Shown here in pieces: positions 17,625-26,517 of a stretch of 64,000 bases of DNA. The notes below the pieces were generated by a model, which was given only the letters and a program-made list of their open reading frames with translations, was not told the DNA's origin and ran no database searches. How positions within the stretch are numbered: position 1 is the stretch's first letter; each line of letters opens with the position of its first letter. The DNA lies in assembly GCA_038040195.1 (NCBI GenBank), contig JBBPIR010000001.1, forward strand, positions 489,141 through 553,140. Reading direction: 5' to 3'. A program made the position numbers and the translations under genes. Source of the DNA: Chloroflexota bacterium. GTDB taxonomy: Bacteria; Chloroflexota; Limnocylindria; QHBO01.

Positions 17625-18800
17625 TTAGCCTCGGCTCCCCAATCCCTGACCGATGTCGATGCTGCGCGCCAACCGGGCAGCCGCATTGGCCAGCAGGCGT
17701 TCGGTGTCGGCCATGGCGATTTCCAGGCCGAGTGGTCGATCGATGATGGGCTGCACCACGGCGAACGCCCCCGACTCCTCGACGATCTCGGCGCCTGGGC
17801 CCAGGCCGCCGCACAGCAGGACGACCGGGGCATTGCCGGCATGATGGGCCACCCCCAGCGCCGCCTTGCCGGCCAGGGTCTGCTCGTCGGCCCGCCCCTC
17901 CCCGGTGATGACCAGGTCCGCCCCCTCGCAGGCCGCCGCCAGGCCCACCAGGTCGGCCACGACCTCCACGCCGGAGCGCAGCTCGGCGGAGGTGAAGCCC
18001 AGCAGCCCGGCCGTTGTCCCGCCGGCCGCGCCGGCGCCTCGGACCTCCGCCACGTCGCGACCCGTCGCTCGTCGGATCTCGGCTCCCCAGCGCACCAGGG
18101 CCTCGTCCAGCTCGGCGACGGCGTCGGGGTCCGCGCCCTTCTGCGGCCCGTAGCTCGCGGCTGCGCCGTTCGGCCCGGTCAGGGGGTTGGTGACGTCGGA
18201 AGCGATCAGGATCTCGACCTCGGCCAGCCGCGGATCGAGCCCGTCGGCGTCGACGTGGTCCAACGTCGCCAGGGCCGCGCCGCCGTCCGGCACCTGGCCC
18301 CCGCGGGCGTCGAGCAGCCGGAGCCCCATCTCGACCAGCAGCCCCGCCCCGCCATCGGTGGTGGCCGATCCGCCAAGGCCAACCACGATCCGTCCCGTGC
18401 CGGCATCCAGCGCCGCCGCGATGAGCCGTCCCGACCCCCGGGTCGTGGCCAACCGAGCACTGGTCGACGTCCGCTCCGCCAAGGCCAGCCGCGCCAGCCC
18501 GCTGGCCGCCGCCATCTCCACGAACCCCGTTGCACCGCCGTCGAGCGCCAGCCAGTCCGCGCTGATCGGCCGGCCCAGGGGATCGGTCGTCATCACCGTG
18601 TTCCGGGTGGCCGCGCTTCCCCGAGCTGCGGCGATCGCGGCCAGGGTCCCCTCGCCCCCGTCCGCCATCGGGATCTTCACCACCACATCGTCGGGCCGCG
18701 CCGAGGCCCAGCCGCGGGCCATGGCCTCGGCGACCGCCACCGAGTCCAGCGCACCCCCGAACGAGTCGGGAGCCACGACCACGCGCAGCGGCGGGCTCAT
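17625..18800 (-). CDS. glxK: Glycerate kinase (GlxK/GarK family)
   Basis: 391 aa. VVVAPDSFGG, MADGGEGT, ITGEGRADEQTLAGKA patterns. Confidence 0.85.
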   Translation of the reverse strand: MSPPLRVVVAPDSFGGALDSVAVAEAMARGWASARPDDVVVKIPMADGGEGTLAAIAAARGSAATRNTVMTTDPLGRPISADWLALDGGATGFVEMAAASGLARLALAERTSTSARLATTRGSGRLIAAALDAGTGRIVVGLGGSATTDGGAGLLVEMGLRLLDARGGQVPDGGAALATLDHVDADGLDPRLAEVEILIASDVTNPLTGPNGAAASYGPQKGADPDAVAELDEALVRWGAEIRRATGRDVAEVRGAGAAGGTTAGLLGFTSAELRSGVEVVADLVGLAAACEGADLVITGEGRADEQTLAGKAALGVAHHAGNAPVVLLCGGLGPGAEIVEESGAFAVVQPIIDRPLGLEIAMADTERLLANAAARLARSIDIGQGLGSRG

Positions 18801-20707
18801 CGGGAAAGCTCCTTGCGCCTCGCGAGGTAGGCGGGGATCGTGTTCATCGGCGGTCGAATCTCGTCCCCCACCTCGCGGACCTCCAGGCTGAATTTGTCAC
18901 CTTCCTGGCGGATCTGCTTCATCCGCTCGCCCATGTCGGTCAGCAGCTCAATCCGCTGACGCTCCTCCAGCTTGGTGATCCCGGCCTTGAGGATGACAAA
19001 GGCCATCCGCGACAGGTCCAGCAGCGACTGGTTGCGATGGATGCGGCGCTCGAGGTCGACCTGCCCGATGCCGGACAGGCCGACGCGGTCCAGGATGTCG
19101 ATGAGCAGCCCGATCTCGACCGCGTAGCCGGTGAAGAACGGCACCGACTCGAGGAGCGCGCGACGCCCCGCGTACTCCCCGGCCAGGGGTTGGATGATGC
19201 CGGACAGCTCGGGGAAGAACAGGTTGATGAGCGGGCGAGCGGTCAGCTCTGTCACCCGTCCGCCCTCGTCGGGCTGGCGCCGCCCGCCAGCCGTCAGGGG
19301 CCGTTGGTAGAAGGCCTTCACGTAGTGGATCCGCGACTCGCGCAGGAGCGGGCCCAGCAGGCCGTACACGAAGCGAGGCTGGATGTTGCGGATGTCGGTG
19401 TCGACCCAGACCACGATGTCCCCGCGCAGCTCGTACAGGCTCTTCCACAGCGCTTCGCCCTTGCCGACGTGGCTCCCCAGCTCCGGGAGGATGGTGTCGT
19501 GCTGGCGGACGGGTGCCCCCAGCTCGCGGGCGATCTCCACCGTTCGGTCGGTGGAGGCCGAGTCGATGACGAGCAGCTCGTCCACCAACGGCACGCGGTC
19601 CATGAGCGCATCGCGAATGCGACGGATGACCAGCCCGATGGTCTTCTCTTCGTTCAGGGTCGGTAGTCCCACGCTGATGGTCAGGCCCTGGCGCTCCTTG
19701 AGGTCCACCAGGCGCTTGAGGTCGCGAAATTCGCTGGTGTCGAACGTGTTCTCGGCAAACCAGCGGTCGACCACGCTCGGCAGGCTGCGGGTCTGCTCGA
19801 TGGCGGCGTCCGCGGCGGGCAGGCTTCCGGTCTCGGCCCGGAGATGTTCGAAGGTGACTGCGGTGAACGGTTGTCGGGTCTTGACCACCATCACGGTTGG
19901 CTTGGCGCGGCTGGCGACTGTCTCCGCCAGCCGCCCGAACAGGCGCCGGCCCGATCCGGCTCCGGTCGGCTGGGCAGAGGCCCCGACCACAACCAGGTCG
20001 TGGTTCGCGGCCTCTTGCAGGATGGCGCCCCGAACGGTCGGCGCCTCCACCAGCAGCTGGCGGACCTTGACCCCTCGGGTATTACGCCTGACCAGGCGGC
20101 CAAGCGCCGCCCGCTCGTCCTCGAGCGCGGCCGAGCCACCCTCGGGCGGGACCACGTGCAGAACGACCAGCTCAGCGCCGAAGCCGCGCGCCAGGTCGGT
20201 GGCCAGCGAGAGCGCCAGCTCGGCATTCGGACCTCCCCGAACCGGGACCAGGATGGAGCGGACGGTTCCCAGTGCGCGCTGCTTGACCACGGCGATATCG
20301 CATGGGGCCTCACGGACGACCTGGTCAATGGTGGTCGAGAAGACCGCGTGCCGCAGGCCGGTCGGTTGGGGGCCGCCCCAGCCGAAGACCACCAGGTCGG
20401 CCCCGATCTCGGCCACCGCCTCCACGATCCCCTCCGACGCCTGGCGGCCGATGCGGACCGCGGTATGGACCTCGACCGACGCGTCGTCCCGGAAGTCAGG
20501 CACCCGCTGGAGCAGGCGGCGGGCCTGGCGCGCGCGGCTGGCGCCCTCCGCCAGCGACACGCCCTCGGGGACCTCGACGATGCCCAGCGCGGTGATCTCG
20601 GTGGGCCGCCGGTGGGCGAGGTGGGAACCGATGCGGATCAGGTCGCGCGCGGTGCGCGGGTTGGCCAGCGGCATGAGGACCCGATACGGACCACGCCGGC
20701 GGGCCAT
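18797..20707 (-). CDS. gpgS: Tandem universal-stress-protein domains fused to glucosyl-3-phosphoglycerate synthase (GT81)
   Basis: 636 aa. The N-terminal ~300 aa have two Usp-like repeats (DLVVFGWGG, DLVVVGAS). The C-terminal ~320 aa align motif by motif with mycobacterial GpgS as I recall it (PTLNEE, GKGEALW, DTD, GGRVTEL, QPLAGEY, GYAVEIGLLID). Confidence 0.8.
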   Translation of the reverse strand: MARRRGPYRVLMPLANPRTARDLIRIGSHLAHRRPTEITALGIVEVPEGVSLAEGASRARQARRLLQRVPDFRDDASVEVHTAVRIGRQASEGIVEAVAEIGADLVVFGWGGPQPTGLRHAVFSTTIDQVVREAPCDIAVVKQRALGTVRSILVPVRGGPNAELALSLATDLARGFGAELVVLHVVPPEGGSAALEDERAALGRLVRRNTRGVKVRQLLVEAPTVRGAILQEAANHDLVVVGASAQPTGAGSGRRLFGRLAETVASRAKPTVMVVKTRQPFTAVTFEHLRAETGSLPAADAAIEQTRSLPSVVDRWFAENTFDTSEFRDLKRLVDLKERQGLTISVGLPTLNEEKTIGLVIRRIRDALMDRVPLVDELLVIDSASTDRTVEIARELGAPVRQHDTILPELGSHVGKGEALWKSLYELRGDIVVWVDTDIRNIQPRFVYGLLGPLLRESRIHYVKAFYQRPLTAGGRRQPDEGGRVTELTARPLINLFFPELSGIIQPLAGEYAGRRALLESVPFFTGYAVEIGLLIDILDRVGLSGIGQVDLERRIHRNQSLLDLSRMAFVILKAGITKLEERQRIELLTDMGERMKQIRQEGDKFSLEVREVGDEIRPPMNTIPAYLARRKELSR

Positions 20708-22008
20708 CAGCCCGGCCCCCCGACCTTTCCCCCGGCCGACTGCGCCTGCCAGGCGCGGACCAGCCAGGGCTTGAGGTCCTCGAACTCGCGGGCCTGGCTC
20801 TCGACCAGCCGTTCGGCCTGCTCATCGGTCATCTCACGAGCCTCATTGAAGAAGCCCGCGGTACGCCCGAAGTACAGCCCGGTCAGGCCCGCCAGCAGCG
20901 CGTCGCGGTCGATGCCCGGCCGTTGAAAGGCGAGCAACGCGTCGTAGAGGCAGCGGATCCAGAGCTCCGAGGGGAAGGTGAAGGCCGCAGGGTCCTCGGC
21001 AGGCAGCGCCAGCACCCGTTCCAGCTGCTCCCCGGCCAGGGTCCGCTTCCACACCTGGCGCTGGGCCAGGCGCGCGGTCTCGAACGCGTCCACGAGCTTG
21101 GCCTGGTTGACCGTTATCGCCTCTGGCAGCACCACCCGCTCGAAGCCGTACTCGGGAACCGGCTGCGAGCCGCGGACCGGGAGCCACGCCTCGGACATCG
21201 AGCCAGCCAGCCGGAACAGGGTGCCGACCACCTGCCGGAACATGGGTCCCAGGTCAGAGGCGGGATCCTTGGGGTCGTGGATCTTGGCCCCCAGCCTGGT
21301 CTGGCACACCGCAAACCCGGCGGCCAGGGCGTGGTGAGTCATCCAGACGTCGATCCCGAACTTCGCCGTGGCCTCGTCCCAGTCGTCGAGTTCCAGCAGG
21401 GCGTTGACCAGGTCGCGGCTGAAGGCGAACTCGCCCCCGATCGGCTGGCGCATCCGCCGCCCATACAGGGTCCGCGTCAGGGGGTAGGCGATCTGGTTGG
21501 TGATGGTCCCGTCGAACTTGTGGCGCGCGTACAGAGGGGCCACGTAGTCGTAGCCGCCCTTCAGGATCGGACCCGCCAGCAGCTCTATCCACTCGGGCAC
21601 GATGCTCCGCAGGTCGGAGTCGACCAGCACCAGGGCCTCGACCTTCAGCTCGCGGGCGACCTCCAGCAGCGCCCGGACGGCGGACCCCTTGCCGCTCGGC
21701 CCGCGGTAGGTGACCGCGACCCGTCGCAGCCGATGCGGCGGCCGGACCAGGATCATCTTTTCGAGGTAGGCGGGGCTCTCCGTGCTGACCGCCACCCGTG
21801 GCGTGTCGTCGGGCGATCCCCCGTCGGCGTTGACCAGGACCGGCTTCAACTCCGGGAAGTACTGGACCATGCCGGCCATGGCGGCCCGGACGACGTAACC
21901 GATGGTGTCGGCGTTGCCGAAGCTGGGGATCCCGACCATGAGGTCCGCCTGGCCGACCCCCCGCACTGCGGACCGACCGCGCGCATCGAGGGCGGAGGCG
22001 ACGCTCAC
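20707..22008 (-). CDS. GT-A glycosyltransferase resembling mannosylglycerate/glucosylglycerate synthases (GT78-like)
   Basis: 433 aa. GIPSFGNADTIG, GKGSAVRAL, VDSDLRSI, QPIGGEFAF and FGIDVWM parallel the Rhodothermus MGS motif order as recalled. The GTG start at 22008 forms a GTGA overlap with the upstream gene. Confidence 0.55.
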   Translation of the reverse strand: MSVASALDARGRSAVRGVGQADLMVGIPSFGNADTIGYVVRAAMAGMVQYFPELKPVLVNADGGSPDDTPRVAVSTESPAYLEKMILVRPPHRLRRVAVTYRGPSGKGSAVRALLEVARELKVEALVLVDSDLRSIVPEWIELLAGPILKGGYDYVAPLYARHKFDGTITNQIAYPLTRTLYGRRMRQPIGGEFAFSRDLVNALLELDDWDEATAKFGIDVWMTHHALAAGFAVCQTRLGAKIHDPKDPASDLGPMFRQVVGTLFRLAGSMSEAWLPVRGSQPVPEYGFERVVLPEAITVNQAKLVDAFETARLAQRQVWKRTLAGEQLERVLALPAEDPAAFTFPSELWIRCLYDALLAFQRPGIDRDALLAGLTGLYFGRTAGFFNEAREMTDEQAERLVESQAREFEDLKPWLVRAWQAQSAGGKVGGPG

Positions 22009-22703
22009 CGGGTGATCTCGCGCTTCTTGCGTCCCTTCCAGAACAGGCCGGTCACGCCGGGGTGCCGGTCTGGGTCGATGGTGATGATGATCCAGTCCTC
22101 GTTCGACGTCCCGGGCCGGTAGCGCGAGTTGGCGTGCTTGGCCACCGCGCGGCTGAATCCGTTCTCCTGCCAGGCGTGGAACCACGACCGGAGTGGCATC
22201 TTGATCGAGGGCGTGACCCGCAGCCGAACACTCTCGCTGACCACCCCCGACAGGAGGCGGCGGCGCTCCTGGTACGGGTGCTCACCCAAGAACTGCCCGT
22301 CCAGCTCGATGAGGTCGACGACCACGAATGCGCGCCGCTTCTCCAGCTGCGCGGGATCGGGTCCGTCCTCGGGCAGATCGCCGGCCTCGTCGGCCAGCGC
22401 TTCGGACCAGCGTTCGGCCGCCGATCCGCGACCCAGGAACGGCTGTGCGGTCCAGATCCCGTCCAGCACCGCCTGGTCGGCGTCGACCGAGGTCCGCAGC
22501 ACCTCGGCCAGGTCGCCGTAGAACTCGTCGACGGCGTGTCCGCCGGCATCGGTCAGGCGAATTTCGCCGTCCGCGACGCGAGCCAGCAGCCGTTCCCCGA
22601 TCCAGTACGGCTCGAACGACCAATGCGGACTGTTGATTCCGACGCTCGCCTCGGTGGCGAGCTGGGGGCGGATCGGCTCGTCGCCCAAGGGCTGATCGGT
22701 CAT
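22005..22703 (-). CDS. LigD/ATP-dependent-DNA-ligase-like nucleotidyltransferase domain with catalytic residues substituted (pseudo-ligase)
   Basis: 232 aa, collinear with the ligase motifs. Motif I reads EPYWIGER instead of E-x-K-x-D-G-x-R. Motif III reads VLDGIW (no Glu). Motif IV reads GFSRAVAK and motif V reads WIIITI (no Lys). ATGA overlap with the helicase gene. Confidence 0.55.
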   Translation of the reverse strand: MTDQPLGDEPIRPQLATEASVGINSPHWSFEPYWIGERLLARVADGEIRLTDAGGHAVDEFYGDLAEVLRTSVDADQAVLDGIWTAQPFLGRGSAAERWSEALADEAGDLPEDGPDPAQLEKRRAFVVVDLIELDGQFLGEHPYQERRRLLSGVVSESVRLRVTPSIKMPLRSWFHAWQENGFSRAVAKHANSRYRPGTSNEDWIIITIDPDRHPGVTGLFWKGRKKREITR

Positions 22704-23968
22704 CGGTACAGGCCCAGCTCCCCCTCTTCGACCTCCATGCCCACCTCGGACCGGATGGCCTGCCACGCGTCGAGATCCCACTCGGCGACGAACGTGATGG
22801 CCGTGCCGGCACGCCCCATTCGCGCCGTGCGACCCACCCGGTGGACGTAGGTGTCCGCGTCCTCGGGGATGTCGTAGCTCAGGACGTACGGCAGGTCGGT
22901 GATGTCCAGCCCGCGGCTGGCGACATTGGTGGCCACCAGGAACTGGATCTCCCCCGCCTTGAAAGCGGCCAGCGTCTTCTCCCGCTCCCGCTGGGACAGG
23001 CCGCCATGGAGGGCGGCCGCGTTCCTGCCCCGCCGCTTGAGCGAGGCGCTCAGCCGATCCACGCCGATCTGGGTATGGCGGAAGATGAGGAGCCGATCGA
23101 ACCCGAACCCATCGGCCAGCTCAATCAGGGCCGCCACTTTGTCCTGCTCGGCCACGAAGTAGACCATCTGGCGGACCGTTTCGACCAACTTCAGCTCGGG
23201 ACGGACCGCGATGTGGTCCGCGTCGCGGCGCATGAACCGATCGCAGATGCGGAGGATGGCGTACGGCATGGTGGCGCTGAACAGCGCCGTCTGGCGTTGG
23301 CGCGGGCAGCGGGCCAGGATCGTCTCCACGTCCACGATGAAGCCCATGTCCAACATCCGGTCGGCCTCGTCGAGGATCACGGTCCGCACCGATTCCAGGC
23401 GCAGCTCCCCTCGACGGATGAGGTCGAGAACGCGCCCCGGGGTGCCGATCACGACTTGCGCTCCGCGCTGGAGGGCGGTGATCTGGCGGTCCATGGCCGC
23501 TCCGCCGTAGATGGCCACCGTCTTGACGTTCCGGAAGCGCCCGATGCGGGCGATCTCGGCGGTGACCTGCTGGCACAGCTCCCGGGTGGGGGTCAGGATC
23601 AGGGCCTGGACCGATTTCGAGCCGGGGTCCACGTGCTCGACGATGGGGATCCCGAACGCGGCCGTCTTGCCCGTCCCGGTCTGGGCCTGACCGATGAGAT
23701 CGTGGCCCGCCCGGAGGGGCGGAATAGCCCGGGCCTGGACCTCGGTGGGCGTGACGTAGCCCATCTGCTCCAGGGCGCGGGCGATGGTGACCGGGACCTC
23801 GATGTCCCCGAACCGATACCCGGCCGCAGCGGCCATCACGGCCGCAGTCAGCGCGGAGAGGGGTTCGGCAGTCGGTTCGGCGGTGGGCTGGCGGCCGTCG
23901 GTGTGCGGCGGCGGGACCGGCGCGCGGCGACGCGTTCGGCGACGGGGCGTGGTCGGGGTTGGCGGCAA
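22700..23968 (-). CDS. DEAD-box ATP-dependent RNA helicase
   Basis: 422 aa. Q-motif TPTEVQ, AQTGTGKT, PTRELC, DEAD, SAT, ARGLD and HRVGRTAR. Confidence 0.9.
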   Translation of the reverse strand: MPPTPTTPRRRTRRRAPVPPPHTDGRQPTAEPTAEPLSALTAAVMAAAAGYRFGDIEVPVTIARALEQMGYVTPTEVQARAIPPLRAGHDLIGQAQTGTGKTAAFGIPIVEHVDPGSKSVQALILTPTRELCQQVTAEIARIGRFRNVKTVAIYGGAAMDRQITALQRGAQVVIGTPGRVLDLIRRGELRLESVRTVILDEADRMLDMGFIVDVETILARCPRQRQTALFSATMPYAILRICDRFMRRDADHIAVRPELKLVETVRQMVYFVAEQDKVAALIELADGFGFDRLLIFRHTQIGVDRLSASLKRRGRNAAALHGGLSQREREKTLAAFKAGEIQFLVATNVASRGLDITDLPYVLSYDIPEDADTYVHRVGRTARMGRAGTAITFVAEWDLDAWQAIRSEVGMEVEEGELGLYR

Positions 23969-24070
23969 GCAGTGGCTCCGGCAGGTTGTTGATCGGTTGC
24001 TCGGATCGTAGCACGGGCGCTTCCCGCGCCTTGACGGCGGCCCATTACGCGTTGATACTGCGTCTCAGGT

Positions 24071-24817
24071 ATGACTCCCCTCCTGGTCGCCATGTCGGCC
24101 ACCGCTGTCCTGTCTGCCCTGGGCGGCGGGGTGATGGCGTTGCGGCTCGTCCGGCAGGTGGGCTACGTCATCGCGGTCGGGGCCGGGATCCGGATCGGAG
24201 CCGCGTTCTTCGACCTGCTACCCGAATCGGTGGAGTTGATGGCCGGTGCCACGAACTTGGCCATGTTATTCGCGGCGGTGGGCTTCCTCGCCTTCTACGT
24301 GATCGAGAAGGTGACGCTCCTGCACGTCGGCCACGAAACGGCGACCGAGCTCGACCACGACGACGCGGCCCACCGTCACGTGGGGCTCATCGGGGCCGGC
24401 GCGATGTCGGTCCACAGCCTTCTCGACGGGGTGGCCATGGCGGCCGCATTCCAGGCCAGCCCGGAGCTCGGCCTCGTCGTCAGCCTGGTCGTCGTCATCC
24501 ATCGGTTCAGCGACGGGATCGGCATCGTGAGCCTGCTGCTCGCCAGCCGCGTACCGCAATCATCGACCATGCGCTGGGTCTTCGTCGTGAGCCTGGCACC
24601 GGTGCTCGGGGCTGCGGTGACCGCGATCATCCCGATCCCTGATCCGATTCTGGGGGCCCTGCTGGCCACCTTCGCGGGCTTCTTCCTGTACGTCGGCGCT
24701 GCCGAGCTCTTACCCGAAGCTCACCGCAATGAAGGCTCGCGCTGGGTGATCGTGGCCACGCTGGTCGGCGTGGCGGCGATCATGGCCATGACCTGGGGGC
24801 TGGAAGCGCAACTGTGA
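24071..24817 (+). CDS. ZIP family divalent metal (zinc) transporter
   Basis: 248 aa, about 8 TM helices, with HSLLDGVAMA and HRFSDGIG motifs of ZupT-like proteins. Confidence 0.85.
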   Translation: MTPLLVAMSATAVLSALGGGVMALRLVRQVGYVIAVGAGIRIGAAFFDLLPESVELMAGATNLAMLFAAVGFLAFYVIEKVTLLHVGHETATELDHDDAAHRHVGLIGAGAMSVHSLLDGVAMAAAFQASPELGLVVSLVVVIHRFSDGIGIVSLLLASRVPQSSTMRWVFVVSLAPVLGAAVTAIIPIPDPILGALLATFAGFFLYVGAAELLPEAHRNEGSRWVIVATLVGVAAIMAMTWGLEAQL

Positions 24818-25305
24818 GCGCAGCGACCGCGCGCCGGCTTCGGCTGGCAGGCCAACGCGTCACCACCCAACGGCTGGCCGTGGCCGCAGCACTGTCCTCT
24901 GCGCGCCACCAGGTCACAGCCCAGGAGCTATGGGAGCGGATGCGCCCCCGTCACCGCAACCTGGGCCGCGCGACCGTGTTCCGGACCCTGGAAGCGCTGA
25001 CCGAGGCCGGCCTGGCCCGACGGCTGGAGCGCGACGGCCACATTTACGCCTACGTCGCCTGCCGCCCGGCCCATCACCACCACCTGGCGTGCCGCGTCTG
25101 CGGCACGGTGGAGGAGGTCGGGGAGGAGCTGGTGGCCGAGATCAGCCGGCGCGCGCGACGCGAGCTGGGGTTCGAGATCGAGGACGCGAGGATGGACTTC
25201 TACGGCGTGTGCCGCCGATGCGCCGCCGAGGCGGCCGAGGCTCAGGCGGCGGCCGATGCATCCGCGGCCGCTGAGGTGGCCGAGACGGCTCCGCCTAGTA
25301 GCTGA
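24814..25305 (+). CDS. Fur family metalloregulator (Zur-like by context)
   Basis: 163 aa. Winged helix plus HHHLACRVCG...CRRC metal sites. 4-nt overlap with the ZIP gene. Confidence 0.8.
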   Translation: MSAATARRLRLAGQRVTTQRLAVAAALSSARHQVTAQELWERMRPRHRNLGRATVFRTLEALTEAGLARRLERDGHIYAYVACRPAHHHHLACRVCGTVEEVGEELVAEISRRARRELGFEIEDARMDFYGVCRRCAAEAAEAQAAADASAAAEVAETAPPSS

Positions 25306-26404
25306 CCCGGGTCGAAACCCGCTCGACGGAAGCGGTCGGTCCGGCGTCCGCGGCCGCCACACCATCCGACGACTGGCCCGCACCTCCCCGCCCGTGATGG
25401 CGCGGGGCGCGCGGCTTGCGCTTGGCATAGCCGGTCGGATGGGACAGCTTCCAGGCCCAGGCATCGGCCAGCATCTGCTCCAGCGACGACTCCCGCGGCT
25501 GCCAGCCCAGGTCGCGGCGAGCCCGACGGGATGAGGCCACCAGCCGTGGCGGGTCGCCGAGCCGGCGCTTGACGACGCGGGCCGGGATCGCGCGGCCGGT
25601 CACCTTGCGGGCGGCCTCGATCACCTCGCGGACCGAGAACCCGGCCGCCGAGCCCAGGTTGTAGACCTCGAACGAGGGCTCCGCCTCGCCGGTTGCTTCC
25701 AGGGCCAGGAGGTGGGCCGTAGCCAGGTCGCGGACGTGGATGAAGTCGCGGATGCATGTCCCATCGGGTGTGTTGTAGTCCTGGCCGAAGATCCGCACGT
25801 CGGGCAACTCGCCAGCGGCCACCTTGAGCACCAGCGGGATGAGGTGGGTCTCGGGGTCGTGGTCCTCGCCGTTGCGCTCGGTGGCGCCGGCGCAGTTGAA
25901 GTAGCGCAGGCTGATGGCGCGGAAGCCATGGCAGGCGGCGTACCAGCGCATGGCGCCCTCGAAGGCCAGCTTCGTCTCGCCGTAGGGGTTGATCGGCTCG
26001 GTCCGGTCCGCCTCGGCGATTGGCACCCGCTTGGGCTCGCCATAGACCGCGGCCGTGGACGAGAACACGATCCGGTTCACGCGTCGCTCACGCAGGGCCT
26101 CGAGCAGCTTGACGCCGTTCGCCACGTTCTCGCGGTAATACAGCTCCGGCTTCTCCATCGACTCGCTGACCAGCGAGCGCGCGGCGCAATGAAGGACCGC
26201 CTGAATCCGATGCTCGCGCAGAACGCGCTCGACCCGGTTCTGGTCGCTCAGGCTGCCCACCACCAGGCGCACGTCGCGGATCACCGCATCGCGGTGCCCG
26301 AACTTCAGGTTGTCGTAAACGGTGACGTCGTGACCGGCGTCAATGAAGGTCTCGACGCTGGTCGAGCCCACGAAGCCGGCACCACCGACGACCAGGATCC
26401 GCAC
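25295..26404 (-). CDS. galE: UDP-glucose 4-epimerase with a basic C-terminal extension
   Basis: 369 aa. MRILVVGGAGFVGS and the YGETK catalytic motif. A ~45-aa Arg/Gly-rich tail is present. 11-nt convergent overlap with the Fur-family gene. Confidence 0.85.
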   Translation of the reverse strand: MRILVVGGAGFVGSTSVETFIDAGHDVTVYDNLKFGHRDAVIRDVRLVVGSLSDQNRVERVLREHRIQAVLHCAARSLVSESMEKPELYYRENVANGVKLLEALRERRVNRIVFSSTAAVYGEPKRVPIAEADRTEPINPYGETKLAFEGAMRWYAACHGFRAISLRYFNCAGATERNGEDHDPETHLIPLVLKVAAGELPDVRIFGQDYNTPDGTCIRDFIHVRDLATAHLLALEATGEAEPSFEVYNLGSAAGFSVREVIEAARKVTGRAIPARVVKRRLGDPPRLVASSRRARRDLGWQPRESSLEQMLADAWAWKLSHPTGYAKRKPRAPRHHGRGGAGQSSDGVAAADAGPTASVERVSTRVSY

Positions 26405-26517
26405 GCGGCCAACCTAGCTGACAGACCGATGGACGGGCAGGGCAGCCCGTCGGGTACTGACGCTCATGCGGGGAAGGGCTCCTCCGATGGGTCCGGGTCG
26501 CCGATTGTAGCAGCGGG

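Noticed and set aside
16530-18830. 766-aa plus-strand ORF across nth, the small ORF and glxK.
   Set aside because: A shadow ORF. Its translation is Arg/Gly/Pro-rich with no motifs, whereas the minus strand encodes Nth and glycerate kinase with intact motifs.
24014-24070. A Zur box in the ZIP/helicase divergent promoter region.
   Set aside because: I could not find a convincing AT-rich palindrome by eye, so no claim is made.
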